Origin: an archaeon GW2011_AR15
Lineage (GTDB): Archaea > Nanobdellota > Nanobdellia > Woesearchaeales > GW2011-AR15
Assembly (NCBI GenBank): GCA_000830295.1
Contig: CP010425.1
Coordinates: 512,001 to 576,000, forward strand
Length of the DNA stretch: 64,000 nucleotides
Direction of reading: 5' to 3'
Shown: positions 1 through 9,150 of the stretch, in pieces
Numbering within the stretch: position 1 is the stretch's first letter
How the letters are laid out: every line of letters begins with the position of its first letter
Translations under genes and position numbers: made by a program
The notes under the pieces: model-generated
What the model was told of the DNA's origin: nothing
Seen by the model: only the letters and a program-made list of their open reading frames with translations
Database searches by the model: none

Positions 1-110
1 AATTGAGCTGGATATTGAGTCTATGAACAGCATAACAGTTAGGGATGTTCTTGCCGCAGTAAAGACGTTTCTGGGTTAATTTTATATAGATATATCCAAT
101 TTTTGCATTT

Positions 111-1079
111 ATGAAGATATTTATAGTAGACATGCTTGGATGCAGGAAGCCCTATCTCGGTTATCAGATTGAATCTGCCTTCAAGCAACTGAAACATGAG
201 ACAAAGACATTTGATTATAGGGCATTCAAGTTTCAGCATCTTCCGCTGACAAATTTTCTGCTGAATAAATTGATGGTTCTGCAGGCAAAATCATGGAAAC
301 CCGACTTGGTAGTCGTAAATAAAGGTGAATCCATTCTCAGAGGCACTATCTCCGACATAAAGAAAGAAGGCATAAAGACAGTCAACTGGAATCCAGACGA
401 GCCGTTTGGGCTGTTGCAAGCCTTCAATAAAATCCAGAACCTAGAGGAGTATGATGCCTGCTTCAATTATGATACGCAATATATTGAGCCAATGAAGGAG
501 ATTAATCCGAATTCCTATCATCTTCCTCCCGGTGCCGATCCATCATATGTCCACAAAGAACAGATTCCTCTAAAGCAAAGGAGATATCCTGCTGATATCT
601 GTATGGTTGGGACTGCTTATCCTAATAGGATCAGCCTGCTGTCAAAATTAGAAAGATATACGATGAAGGTTGCAGGTCCGGGCTGGGATAAAGCGCCGAG
701 AAATATTTCAGAGAACTCCTTGCCATATGTTGATAATATTGAGATGGTCAGGCTATTCAATGAATCAAAGATAGTACTTAACCCGTATGGCTCATCAAAA
801 AACTTCATTTGCCCTAATCCAAGAACTTTTGAAATACCTGCATCACGTTCTTTTGAACTCACGGATATGCCCAGAGAAACCAAAAAATATTTTACTCCCA
901 AAAAAGAATTTGTTGTCTACAGAGATGAAAAAGAATTTGTGGAGCTTGTAGAATATTATACAGAGAACAAAGAGGAAAGAGAGAAAATTGCCGAAGCCGG
1001 GTATAAGAGAGTATTAAAAGAGCACACAATGAAGCACAGAGTCAAGAGTCTTCTGGGTACTCTAAAGAGATCAGATTAA
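111..1079 (+). CDS. CgeB/Glyco_trans_1_2-type glycosyltransferase
   Basis: WNPDEP, DICMVGTAYPNR and NPRTFEIPAS motifs; C-terminal REKIAEAGYKRVLKEHT typical of CgeB-like GT-B enzymes. Confidence 0.8.
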   Translation: MKIFIVDMLGCRKPYLGYQIESAFKQLKHETKTFDYRAFKFQHLPLTNFLLNKLMVLQAKSWKPDLVVVNKGESILRGTISDIKKEGIKTVNWNPDEPFGLLQAFNKIQNLEEYDACFNYDTQYIEPMKEINPNSYHLPPGADPSYVHKEQIPLKQRRYPADICMVGTAYPNRISLLSKLERYTMKVAGPGWDKAPRNISENSLPYVDNIEMVRLFNESKIVLNPYGSSKNFICPNPRTFEIPASRSFELTDMPRETKKYFTPKKEFVVYRDEKEFVELVEYYTENKEEREKIAEAGYKRVLKEHTMKHRVKSLLGTLKRSD

Positions 1080-2192
1080 CCTCTTATTCTTAAGCTCCCT
1101 ATAAGCCTTATCAACCATATCTTTTGCTTCCTGATCCCTTGACCAGTTTACAAGCTCTTCCATACCTTCTTTAAGGGTTATTTTAGGAGAATAATCAAGC
1201 TTAGACTTTATCTTTGATATGTCTGAGAAACAATGCCTTATATCGCCTTTCCTGAATTCACCCGGAAATTCCGGCTTTACATCAGAGCCGAATATGTCAA
1301 TAAGTGTTGCTGACAGCTCATTCAGGGTAATCTTATGCCCGGCCCCCACATTAAAAACCTGGCCGTTTGCAGCCTTTTTCTCCATTGACAGCACACAGCC
1401 CTGCACAATATCATGCACAGACACAAAATCCCTGCTCTGCTCCCCATCTTCAAATATTAGTGGGGGCTTGTTGTTCTTTATCCTGCTCATGAAAATAGCA
1501 GCAACACCAGTATAAGGGTTGCTAAGGCTCTGCCTTGGTCCGTATACATTGAAAAACCTCAGGGCAACAGAAGGAATGCCGTATGCTTCCCCTATGTTCA
1601 GGGTCATTTCCTCCTGGTTCTTCTTTGTTATTGCATATATGCTGCTGTTGGAGAGCGGCTTTGTTTCCTTTGTGCCTACTGGAGTAAGCTCTTTCCTGCA
1701 GTCAGGGCATGCAATATTCCACTGTTTTTTCTCAAGCTGTTCATTTGTTCTTCTGACATTATGGAATTCCCTGCCGCAGCTTTCGCATTTATAGCTTCCC
1801 TCCCCGTAAATGCTCATGCTGGAGGCAATAATCATTTTTTTGACGCTGTGCTCTTCATTGGCCATGGCATGAAGAAGGTTTGCAGTTCCCAGCTCATTAG
1901 CTTCAACATATTCCTTTACCTGATACATGGACTGCCCGACTCCGACACGCGCAGCGAGGTTGAAAACAACATCAGAATCAGAGACAAGCCCTTTGAGCTT
2001 CTCGTAATCAGCCATATCGCCCTTCACAAATTTGGCATCCTTGTTCAGGTAATCCGGAGTTTTCCCAAGATGAACCTGCGGCTCAAGACTGTCAAATATA
2101 GTGACTTCATGGCCTTTCTCTACAAGGTTGTCAACAAGAAATGAGCCTATGAAACCTGCTCCGCCGGTAACAAGTATCTTGTGCGTCATCAT
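1071..2192 (-). CDS. NAD-dependent nucleotide-sugar epimerase/dehydratase (extended SDR) with CxxC...CxxC insert
   Basis: TGGAGFIG Rossmann motif, YAITK catalytic YxxxK, RFFNVYGP. Confidence 0.9.
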   Translation of the reverse strand: MMTHKILVTGGAGFIGSFLVDNLVEKGHEVTIFDSLEPQVHLGKTPDYLNKDAKFVKGDMADYEKLKGLVSDSDVVFNLAARVGVGQSMYQVKEYVEANELGTANLLHAMANEEHSVKKMIIASSMSIYGEGSYKCESCGREFHNVRRTNEQLEKKQWNIACPDCRKELTPVGTKETKPLSNSSIYAITKKNQEEMTLNIGEAYGIPSVALRFFNVYGPRQSLSNPYTGVAAIFMSRIKNNKPPLIFEDGEQSRDFVSVHDIVQGCVLSMEKKAANGQVFNVGAGHKITLNELSATLIDIFGSDVKPEFPGEFRKGDIRHCFSDISKIKSKLDYSPKITLKEGMEELVNWSRDQEAKDMVDKAYRELKNKRLI

Positions 2193-2222
2193 ACCTGCTA
2201 AAAGTTAGGTAACTTATAAAGT

Positions 2223-3263
2223 TTATTGCAAACCAGCCAAATACTGCTTAAGTGTTTTCCCCATTTCAACTGCACTGCATTTCTCCTCAAATAGTGCATT
2301 TCCGCCGGATGCAATTTTTTTCCTCAATCCTGCGTCTTTTTTAAGAGCCATTATGGCATCAGCAAGGCTTCTCTCATCTGCAGCATTGCAGAGATAGCAG
2401 TTTTTTTTGTGGCTAAAGAGTTCTTTTATTGCCGGAGTATCTCCTGTAATCAAGGGTTTTTCCATTGCAATTATCTCATATGCCTTATTTGGGATAACTC
2501 TCTGTGTTTTTTCAGACGCCCCGAAAATGCCAAGGCAGACATCCCCTCTGGAAATATATCCAGGCAAAGTTTCCAGTTTCTTAAACCCAAGAAAATCGAT
2601 ATTTTTTATTTTCAGCTTCTTGCATAATTCCTTTATCTCATTATATGTCTGGCCCGCCCCCACAATTTCAAACTTTATTTTCTCCTTTTCAAGAATCTTG
2701 GCAGCCTTTACAATATATTCTATGCCCTGCAAAGGTATGAAAGTGCCGTGAAAAGACACAACAAATTCTTTGCTTTTATGTGCTTTCCTCGGATAAAATA
2801 TCTCTTCATCTGCGCCAATAAACACTCTTCTAAATTTGTTTCTTTTAAGCCCGAATTCTTCCACAAAATAATTTATGTGGTTGTTTGTATCGAGCAAGAC
2901 AAGGTCAGACAGCAGGCAGGCATATTTATCCCCTTTCCAGAGCATCCACGCCTTTCCCGAGTTTTTTTCCACGGTTTTCCTGTCATTTACCAGATTATCA
3001 TAATCAGATATAAATGCGTCAAAAACAATTGGTTTCCTGTGGAATGCCTTGAGCAGTTTTGAAACAAGAAGGACAAATTTTCCTGTTGCTATTATAATAT
3101 CATAATCATTTCTTAGAACTCTTCTGGCAATATCAAAATACTTTGTCCATTTTCTGCAAAGATAAATATCCACATCCGCATTGTTTTTTTGCAGACCTTT
3201 GTAAAGTATTCTGCCTCTGGAGTATCCTTTTATGTTATAAGTCCCCAGCATAAGGACTTTCAT
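2223..3263 (-). CDS. Glycosyltransferase family 4
   Basis: FHGTFIPLQGIEY and VIPNKAYEIIAMEKPLIT GT-B motifs. Confidence 0.85.
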   Translation of the reverse strand: MKVLMLGTYNIKGYSRGRILYKGLQKNNADVDIYLCRKWTKYFDIARRVLRNDYDIIIATGKFVLLVSKLLKAFHRKPIVFDAFISDYDNLVNDRKTVEKNSGKAWMLWKGDKYACLLSDLVLLDTNNHINYFVEEFGLKRNKFRRVFIGADEEIFYPRKAHKSKEFVVSFHGTFIPLQGIEYIVKAAKILEKEKIKFEIVGAGQTYNEIKELCKKLKIKNIDFLGFKKLETLPGYISRGDVCLGIFGASEKTQRVIPNKAYEIIAMEKPLITGDTPAIKELFSHKKNCYLCNAADERSLADAIMALKKDAGLRKKIASGGNALFEEKCSAVEMGKTLKQYLAGLQ

Positions 3264-4399
3264 TTTGCATACACTCTCTCAATCCCATCAGAAATCTTTT
3301 TCCAGTCATATTTCTCAACAAATTTTGCTTCTGTTATTTTCTTATCATAAAGCTTTTTGTCATTAATAAGCATCATTACTTTTTCGGCAAGGCTCTTATA
3401 ATTGCTTGCTCTGAAATGCAGGCCGCCTTTTCCATTCCCTGTAACTTCCCTGAACACGTCAATATCCGAGGCAACATAAGGAACCCTGGAGGCCATGCTT
3501 TCCAGCAGCACTATGCCGAACCCCTCAACAGTCCCGGGATGGCATAAGACCCATGAGGATTTTAGTGTTTTTATTGCATCCCTGCATTTCTTTACATAGC
3601 CCAGAAACACAACATTTTTTTCAACCCCAAGTTTCCTGCTCAGGGACACAAGCTTTTTCCTTTCCGGGCCGTCTCCGATGATTCTGCACTTTACATCCGG
3701 AATATTCTTCTTTATTTCAGAAACAGCCCTCAACAAATCATCAACTCTTTTGTGCTCCACAAGCCTGCCTATGTAGCATATTGACGGGGTTTTCGTCTTT
3801 TTCGCCTTTATAGTCCCATAATAACCAGTGTTTATGCCGTTGGGCACAACAACAGAATCAAGCCCGTATTTCATAAGCTCTCTCTTAGTGGTATTTGAAA
3901 CAGAAATGACTTTTATTTTCAGCAGCCTTGACAGGAACAAAATTTTTCTTTCCATTATCTCTCCAAGTATTCCTGCTTTTTTCCCTGTATTTTTTACCCA
4001 GTTATTCATCCATGTCTCATGATAGGTTATGTGCGCCCCGGCTCCCAGCAATTTTGAGAATATTGCTGCAGGATAGCAGAAAAAACTCTGGCCGTCAACA
4101 ATTGCTATCTTGTTTTTAATCATGAGCCACGGAATCCTGAGTATTGCACCAAGACACCATAAACCCCTTTTAAGAATGCTGCCAGTTGATGTATACTCAT
4201 AAGAAAAGCCATGCCTTAATACTCTGATTCCTGAAAAAGTAGCTTCTTTGCCCTGCCCGGGCCGCCTGGAAGTCATTACATAAACATTGTGCTTTTTTGC
4301 CAGATGCCTGGCAAGATTGAAAGCCCTGTTTTCAACTCCCCCTGTTATCTCAGCCCTATCGCTTTCAGGGAAATACTCGCTAAGTATCAGTATGTTCAT
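3260..4399 (-). CDS. Glycosyltransferase family 4
   Basis: GGVE N-terminal motif, YIGRLVEHKRVD, EGFGIVLLESMA. Confidence 0.9.
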   Translation of the reverse strand: MNILILSEYFPESDRAEITGGVENRAFNLARHLAKKHNVYVMTSRRPGQGKEATFSGIRVLRHGFSYEYTSTGSILKRGLWCLGAILRIPWLMIKNKIAIVDGQSFFCYPAAIFSKLLGAGAHITYHETWMNNWVKNTGKKAGILGEIMERKILFLSRLLKIKVISVSNTTKRELMKYGLDSVVVPNGINTGYYGTIKAKKTKTPSICYIGRLVEHKRVDDLLRAVSEIKKNIPDVKCRIIGDGPERKKLVSLSRKLGVEKNVVFLGYVKKCRDAIKTLKSSWVLCHPGTVEGFGIVLLESMASRVPYVASDIDVFREVTGNGKGGLHFRASNYKSLAEKVMMLINDKKLYDKKITEAKFVEKYDWKKISDGIERVYAK

Positions 4400-5643
4400 T
4401 TTAACCTTTTATAGACAGCTGCAACGTCTTTTTTTATATGTTTTGCAGCAAACTTCTTTTTTATCTCCTGCCTTATTTTTTTAATGTCAACAGATATCTC
4501 TTTTTTCAAAGCTTTCTGCAGCAAACTCCTTAGTTCGTTTGCATCTCCGGCCCTGAACAGAAATCCTGTCTTGCTATTGATTATATCAGGGATGCCTCCA
4601 ATATCAGAAGCAAGCACAAGCTTTCCTGCTGCGCATGCCTCAAGCACAGCCCTGCCGAATGCCTCGCCGACAGCAGAAGGATAGACAAGTATGTCATGCT
4701 TCTCCATTATTTTTGGAATCTCAGAATATGAGACCTTATCATTTATCTTAACACTAAGATTGTTTTCATTAACCTGTTTCTCAAGAGTATCTCTCAGCAC
4801 GCCGCTCCCGTAAAAATTGCACACATATTTTTCCTTTATCCCTTTCAGCGCCTCAACAAGCAAATGGGCGCCCTTAGGCTTGCTGTATTCTCCCAGGTAT
4901 AGAATCTTAGGTATCTTGTTCCTGGGCTGCTTTAGCTTGAGGAACCTGTCAAATTCAGCTATGTTGTATATTGTTTTTATTTTTCCTGGCTCAATGCCTG
5001 CCATCAGCAGCCTTTTGCGCATGTAATTGCTTATAGGCATGTAAAAATCAAATTTGTCCATGTGTTTCTGATAAGTCTCAAATCTGCGCCTTATAGTGTA
5101 AATCAGGCCGGGATTAAGCCTGCTGAAAAAATTCAGGCGCATCTTCCCTATATTCTCAGAATTCATGTAGCAATCCAGGAAAACAAGCCTCGTGCACTTC
5201 CTGTCGCATATCTCTTTATCCTTATACATGAGAGTGCCTTTAGGGCAGAAAAGAACTGGGCCGTTCACATGAAGCACAAAAGGGACATTCAACTTTTTTT
5301 TCAGCTTTACAGCAGCAGCACTGCTGGCGTTCATGCAGTGGATAATGCCAAACTTTTCCTGTTTATGCAATATCTTTAGTTGTTTTAACAGGGAGCGCTC
5401 AAAAAACAGCATTCTTCTGAGATTTCCTGCAAATGTATTCGGGTCCCTGCCTGTTTTAAGGAGCCTGTGTATCTTTACCTTCTCCAAAGTCTCCTCTTTT
5501 TTCAGCCCCGGAAAATGAGAAGTAAGGACATGCACTTCGATGCCTTTTTCTTTGGAAAGCTCTCTAGCCAAAAGAAAGGCGCTTATCTCGCCCCCGCCCC
5601 TGCTCTCAGGAGGAAAATACTCTGAAACCATAAGTACCTTCAT
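4396..5643 (-). CDS. Glycosyltransferase family 4
   Basis: SEYFPP..GGGE, PKG, EAFGRAVLEACAAG. Confidence 0.9.
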   Translation of the reverse strand: MKVLMVSEYFPPESRGGGEISAFLLARELSKEKGIEVHVLTSHFPGLKKEETLEKVKIHRLLKTGRDPNTFAGNLRRMLFFERSLLKQLKILHKQEKFGIIHCMNASSAAAVKLKKKLNVPFVLHVNGPVLFCPKGTLMYKDKEICDRKCTRLVFLDCYMNSENIGKMRLNFFSRLNPGLIYTIRRRFETYQKHMDKFDFYMPISNYMRKRLLMAGIEPGKIKTIYNIAEFDRFLKLKQPRNKIPKILYLGEYSKPKGAHLLVEALKGIKEKYVCNFYGSGVLRDTLEKQVNENNLSVKINDKVSYSEIPKIMEKHDILVYPSAVGEAFGRAVLEACAAGKLVLASDIGGIPDIINSKTGFLFRAGDANELRSLLQKALKKEISVDIKKIRQEIKKKFAAKHIKKDVAAVYKRLK

Positions 5644-5670
5644 AGGGCCAAAAGAATACAGTGTTATTTA

Positions 5671-5832
5671 TTAAAATAGTGTATAGACAAACGGGCTTAC
5701 AGCAGAGCTCTGTCCGAATATTATCAGGATTGCAACTAGCAGGAGCATAATTATAATCGGTGTGAGCCACCAGACTTTTCTGACTTTAAGGAAGTCCCAA
5801 AGCTCTACCAGCATAGATTTATTTTTGGACAT
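5671..5832 (-). CDS. SxtK-like/DUF5989 small membrane protein (53 aa)
   Basis: ELWDFLKVRKVWWLTPII...SPFVYTLF matches the family signature; directly downstream of the carbamoyltransferase; start placed at ATG 5832. Confidence 0.85.
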   Translation of the reverse strand: MSKNKSMLVELWDFLKVRKVWWLTPIIIMLLLVAILIIFGQSSAVSPFVYTLF

Positions 5833-5860
5833 AATACCTGTTTGTGAGATATTTGATATT

Positions 5861-7621
5861 TTAATCTTTCGCATATTTCTCACTGTCCCAGAAATCCTGT
5901 GGGTTATCTTCCCTCTTAACCAGGAATCTGTCAATGACAAGGCAGTCTATGCCTGTCCCCGTCATGCATCTGTAGGCATCATATGGGGTGCAGACAATGG
6001 GTTCGCCCCTGATATTGAAAGAGGTGTTTATCAGTATCGGGATGCCGGAAAGCTTTCCGAATTCTTTTATGACATCATAATACAGCGGATTCTGTTTTCT
6101 TCTTATGGTCTGCAGCCTTCCTGAGCCATCAACATGCGTGACAGAAGGGAGTTTCTTGTGCCATTTTCTGAATACTGGATAGACCATGAGCATGAAATCA
6201 GTTGGCCCAGGCACCGGCCTGTCGCAGTCAAAATATTCGAGAGCATCGTCCTCACATACAACAGGGGCAAATGGCCTAAAGATTTCCCTATGTTTTACTT
6301 TTGTGTTAAGCAGTTCCTTGGCATCGGGATTGCACGGGTTTGCCAGTATGCTCCTTGCCCCCAATGCTCTCGGTCCCCATTCCATTCTCCCCTGGAACCA
6401 GCCGACAACTTTATTTTCGAAAATCATCTTTGCTGTTTTTTCAATAATTTCCCTTTCGTCTTTGAATTCTGAATATTTTATATTGTTCTCATCAAGGAAT
6501 TTCTTTATTTCCTGCCTGCTGAATTCCGGGCCAAGATAAGCATTTTCCTGTACATAACCTCTTTTTTTCCCGAGAAGTGTATTGTATATGTAGCATGCAA
6601 CGCCAAGGCTTGTCCCACCGTCGCCTGCCGCAGGCTGTATCCATATTTTTTTGAAAGGCGTGTTCCTCAGAATCCTCCCATTATATACACTGTTTAAGGC
6701 AACTCCTCCTGCCATGACAAGAACATCGCATTTTGTTTCCTTATGCAAATGGTTGAGGATTTTTGTCAGAGCCTCTTCTGTTATGATCTGGAGAGCCGCA
6801 GCAATATCTTTATGTTTTTGGGTAAGTGTGTCTTTTGGCTTTCTCACTGGGCCTCCAAGAAGCCTGCATAATTTGTCAGAGGGCATCCTGTCTGTATATA
6901 CATACCTAAAGTAGGAGAGGTCAAGCCTGAAGCTGCCGTCGTATTTTATGTCTATAACTTTCTTCATTTTCTTGTAGAAAGGATTTGTTTCAGGGTTCAT
7001 GTCACCGTAGGAAGCCAGGCCCATCACCTTATATTCTGAGTTATTCACAGAAAATCCGAGATATGCCGTTATAGTGCTGTACAGCAATCCGATAGAGTGC
7101 GGGAACTTTATTTCTTTCATCAGAGTTATCTCATTTCCTTCTCCAAGGCCGTAAGCTGTTGTAGTCCACTCACCAACACCGTCAGCAGTAAGTATGGCAG
7201 CCTTCTCAAACGGACTTGGAAGAAAAGAAGACGCAGCATGCGCCATGTGGTGATCCACAAACAGCACGTCCCCTTTGTATTTCAGCTCTTTTCTTATTTT
7301 GCTTACAACCCTGAGCTTTTCATTTATCCATGAAGGCATGGAGCTCAGAAAAACTTTATAACTCCAGGGGAAGGTGTCAATATACTGCGAAAGCAATCTT
7401 TCAAATTTCAAAAAAGGTTTTTCATAGAACCCGATATATTCTACATCATCAATCGCTATCTTTTGACTCTTAAGACAATACTTTACGGCATTTATCGGAA
7501 AAGAAGTGTCATGCTTCTTCCTTGTAAACCTTTCTTCTTCCGCTGCAGCAACTATCTTTCCGTCCTTCAGCAAAGCAGCTGAAGCATCATGGTAATAGCA
7601 CGAAATTCCGAGTATATACAT
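5861..7621 (-). CDS. O-carbamoyltransferase (NodU/CmcH/SxtI family)
   Basis: YYHDASAA, EEERFTRKKHD, HHMAHA, DGVGE, GPRALGARS, HVDGSGRLQT, NTSFNIRGEPIV. Confidence 0.95.
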   Translation of the reverse strand: MYILGISCYYHDASAALLKDGKIVAAAEEERFTRKKHDTSFPINAVKYCLKSQKIAIDDVEYIGFYEKPFLKFERLLSQYIDTFPWSYKVFLSSMPSWINEKLRVVSKIRKELKYKGDVLFVDHHMAHAASSFLPSPFEKAAILTADGVGEWTTTAYGLGEGNEITLMKEIKFPHSIGLLYSTITAYLGFSVNNSEYKVMGLASYGDMNPETNPFYKKMKKVIDIKYDGSFRLDLSYFRYVYTDRMPSDKLCRLLGGPVRKPKDTLTQKHKDIAAALQIITEEALTKILNHLHKETKCDVLVMAGGVALNSVYNGRILRNTPFKKIWIQPAAGDGGTSLGVACYIYNTLLGKKRGYVQENAYLGPEFSRQEIKKFLDENNIKYSEFKDEREIIEKTAKMIFENKVVGWFQGRMEWGPRALGARSILANPCNPDAKELLNTKVKHREIFRPFAPVVCEDDALEYFDCDRPVPGPTDFMLMVYPVFRKWHKKLPSVTHVDGSGRLQTIRRKQNPLYYDVIKEFGKLSGIPILINTSFNIRGEPIVCTPYDAYRCMTGTGIDCLVIDRFLVKREDNPQDFWDSEKYAKD

Positions 7622-7623
7622 TT

Positions 7624-7863
7624 TCAGAACTGCCTGTAATGGTCCTCCATTTTCTTCTTTTTGAGATTCAGGTCTGACCAGTAACTTCCTTTCTTTTTGA
7701 TATCTTTTTCCAGGAACTTTTTCCCGAACAATCTGGCAATCACAGAAGTCAGGCCTACACCAAGAAAGTATACAGGAGTCAGCAGGGTTGAATTTATGAT
7801 TAAAGTGATATTATGCCCGAATTCCTGAAACCCTTTCCTGAATCCCTCTAAAAAACCTTTCAA
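7624..7863 (-). CDS. SxtJ-like membrane protein (C-terminal part)
   Basis: INSTLLTPVYFLGVG...SYW...YRQF pattern; TTG start preceded by GAGGTGG and overlapping the upstream stop. Confidence 0.7.
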   Translation of the reverse strand: MKGFLEGFRKGFQEFGHNITLIINSTLLTPVYFLGVGLTSVIARLFGKKFLEKDIKKKGSYWSDLNLKKKKMEDHYRQF

Positions 7864-8063
7864 CCGAACCACCTCTTCACTAAAATACCTACAACAGCAA
7901 GAGCAGCAGTGTAAGGCAGAATATTCAGATAGCTCCATGAAAGAGGGAGCTTTTCAAGAAAACTTAATACAAAATATAAGAGAAAAGAGGAAACAAAATA
8001 AGCAGAGATAACGCCGACATATTTTCCCAGCGAGTATAATTTCTGACTTCTTTTAAAATCCAT
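7860..8063 (-). CDS. Small two-TM membrane protein (possibly the N-terminal part of SxtJ)
   Basis: Two hydrophobic segments; coupled to both flanking genes. Confidence 0.55.
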   Translation of the reverse strand: MDFKRSQKLYSLGKYVGVISAYFVSSFLLYFVLSFLEKLPLSWSYLNILPYTAALAVVGILVKRWFG

Positions 8064-8064
8064 T

Positions 8065-9003
8065 CTATCTTTCAATTTGTTCCTTAAACCAGGCTATGGT
8101 TTTTCCGAGACCTTCCTCAAATTCAACCCTCGGCTCCCAGCTCAAAAACTCCCTGGCCCGCGATATGTCCGGCTGCCTTCTTGTAGGGTCATCCACCGGG
8201 AGTTCTTTGAATATGAACTCAGATTTTGAATTTGTTAATTTTTTAATCAGTTTTGCTGCCTCAAGCACAGTAAGCTCTTTTGGGTTTCCAAGGTTTTTCG
8301 GGCCGATCTCTTTTGATTTCATCATCTTTACAATGCCGTCAACAAGATCGTCAACATAACAGAAAGACCTTGTCTGGGAGCCATTCCCGTAGATTGTTAT
8401 AGGCTTGTTCTTCAGACACTGGGTAATAAAATTAGGAATCACACGGCCGTCGTCAATCCTCATCCTCGGCCCGTAAGTATTGAATATCCTTACAATCTTC
8501 ACATCAAGCCTGTGCTTTCTGTGATATGCCATAAGCAATGCCTCACCAAATCTCTTGGACTCGTCATAACAGCTTCTTATGCCGACGGGATTCACATTGC
8601 CGAAGTATGACTCCTTCTGCGGATGCTCTTTCGGCTCTCCGTAGGCCTCGCTGGTGCTTGAAAAAAGTATTTTTGCATTCTTTGCGAGTGCAAGCTTTGC
8701 CATCCTGTCTGTCCCGACAGAGTTGGCTAAGGCAGTTTCAACAGGATACTCCTGATAATCTATGGGGCTGGCCCTTGAGGCAAGATGAAAAATCCAGTCT
8801 ATTTTGGCATTCTTTAAATCAAGCCGTTTTATCACATCATGCTTTTTGAATCTGAATCTCTTGTTTTTCCTGAGATGCTCTATATTCTTCAGGCTTCCGC
8901 TGCCGAGATTATCTATGCAGAGGACATCATGCCCGTCCTTCAGCAGCCTCTCACACAGATGGCTCCCTATAAATCCTGCTCCGCCGGTAACAAGGCATTT
9001 CAT
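8065..9003 (-). CDS. UDP-glucuronate decarboxylase (UDP-xylose synthase)-like SDR
   Basis: TGGAGFIGSHLC, HLASRASP, STSEAYG, RSCYDESKR, RIFNTYGPRM, DDPTRRQPDI; start placed at MKCLVTGG. Confidence 0.9.
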   Translation of the reverse strand: MKCLVTGGAGFIGSHLCERLLKDGHDVLCIDNLGSGSLKNIEHLRKNKRFRFKKHDVIKRLDLKNAKIDWIFHLASRASPIDYQEYPVETALANSVGTDRMAKLALAKNAKILFSSTSEAYGEPKEHPQKESYFGNVNPVGIRSCYDESKRFGEALLMAYHRKHRLDVKIVRIFNTYGPRMRIDDGRVIPNFITQCLKNKPITIYGNGSQTRSFCYVDDLVDGIVKMMKSKEIGPKNLGNPKELTVLEAAKLIKKLTNSKSEFIFKELPVDDPTRRQPDISRAREFLSWEPRVEFEEGLGKTIAWFKEQIER

Positions 9004-9150
9004 ATCCGCTAAAGAAACCGGGATTTGTTTTAAGCTTTTTGCTTTTGGAAATTTTTTTTGTGCTTTTTGAGGAGTAACTATCATAGTCCCAAATAGTGGA
9101 AAAATATAAATACTATAGTGTCCTACAAAGGAAAAATGGGTGGTAGGTAT

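Noticed and set aside
7864-7938. Cys-rich HCCSCCC N-terminus on the SxtJ-like ORF
   Set aside because: It is an alternative-frame overlap with the upstream gene; a Shine-Dalgarno-led TTG start exists at 7863
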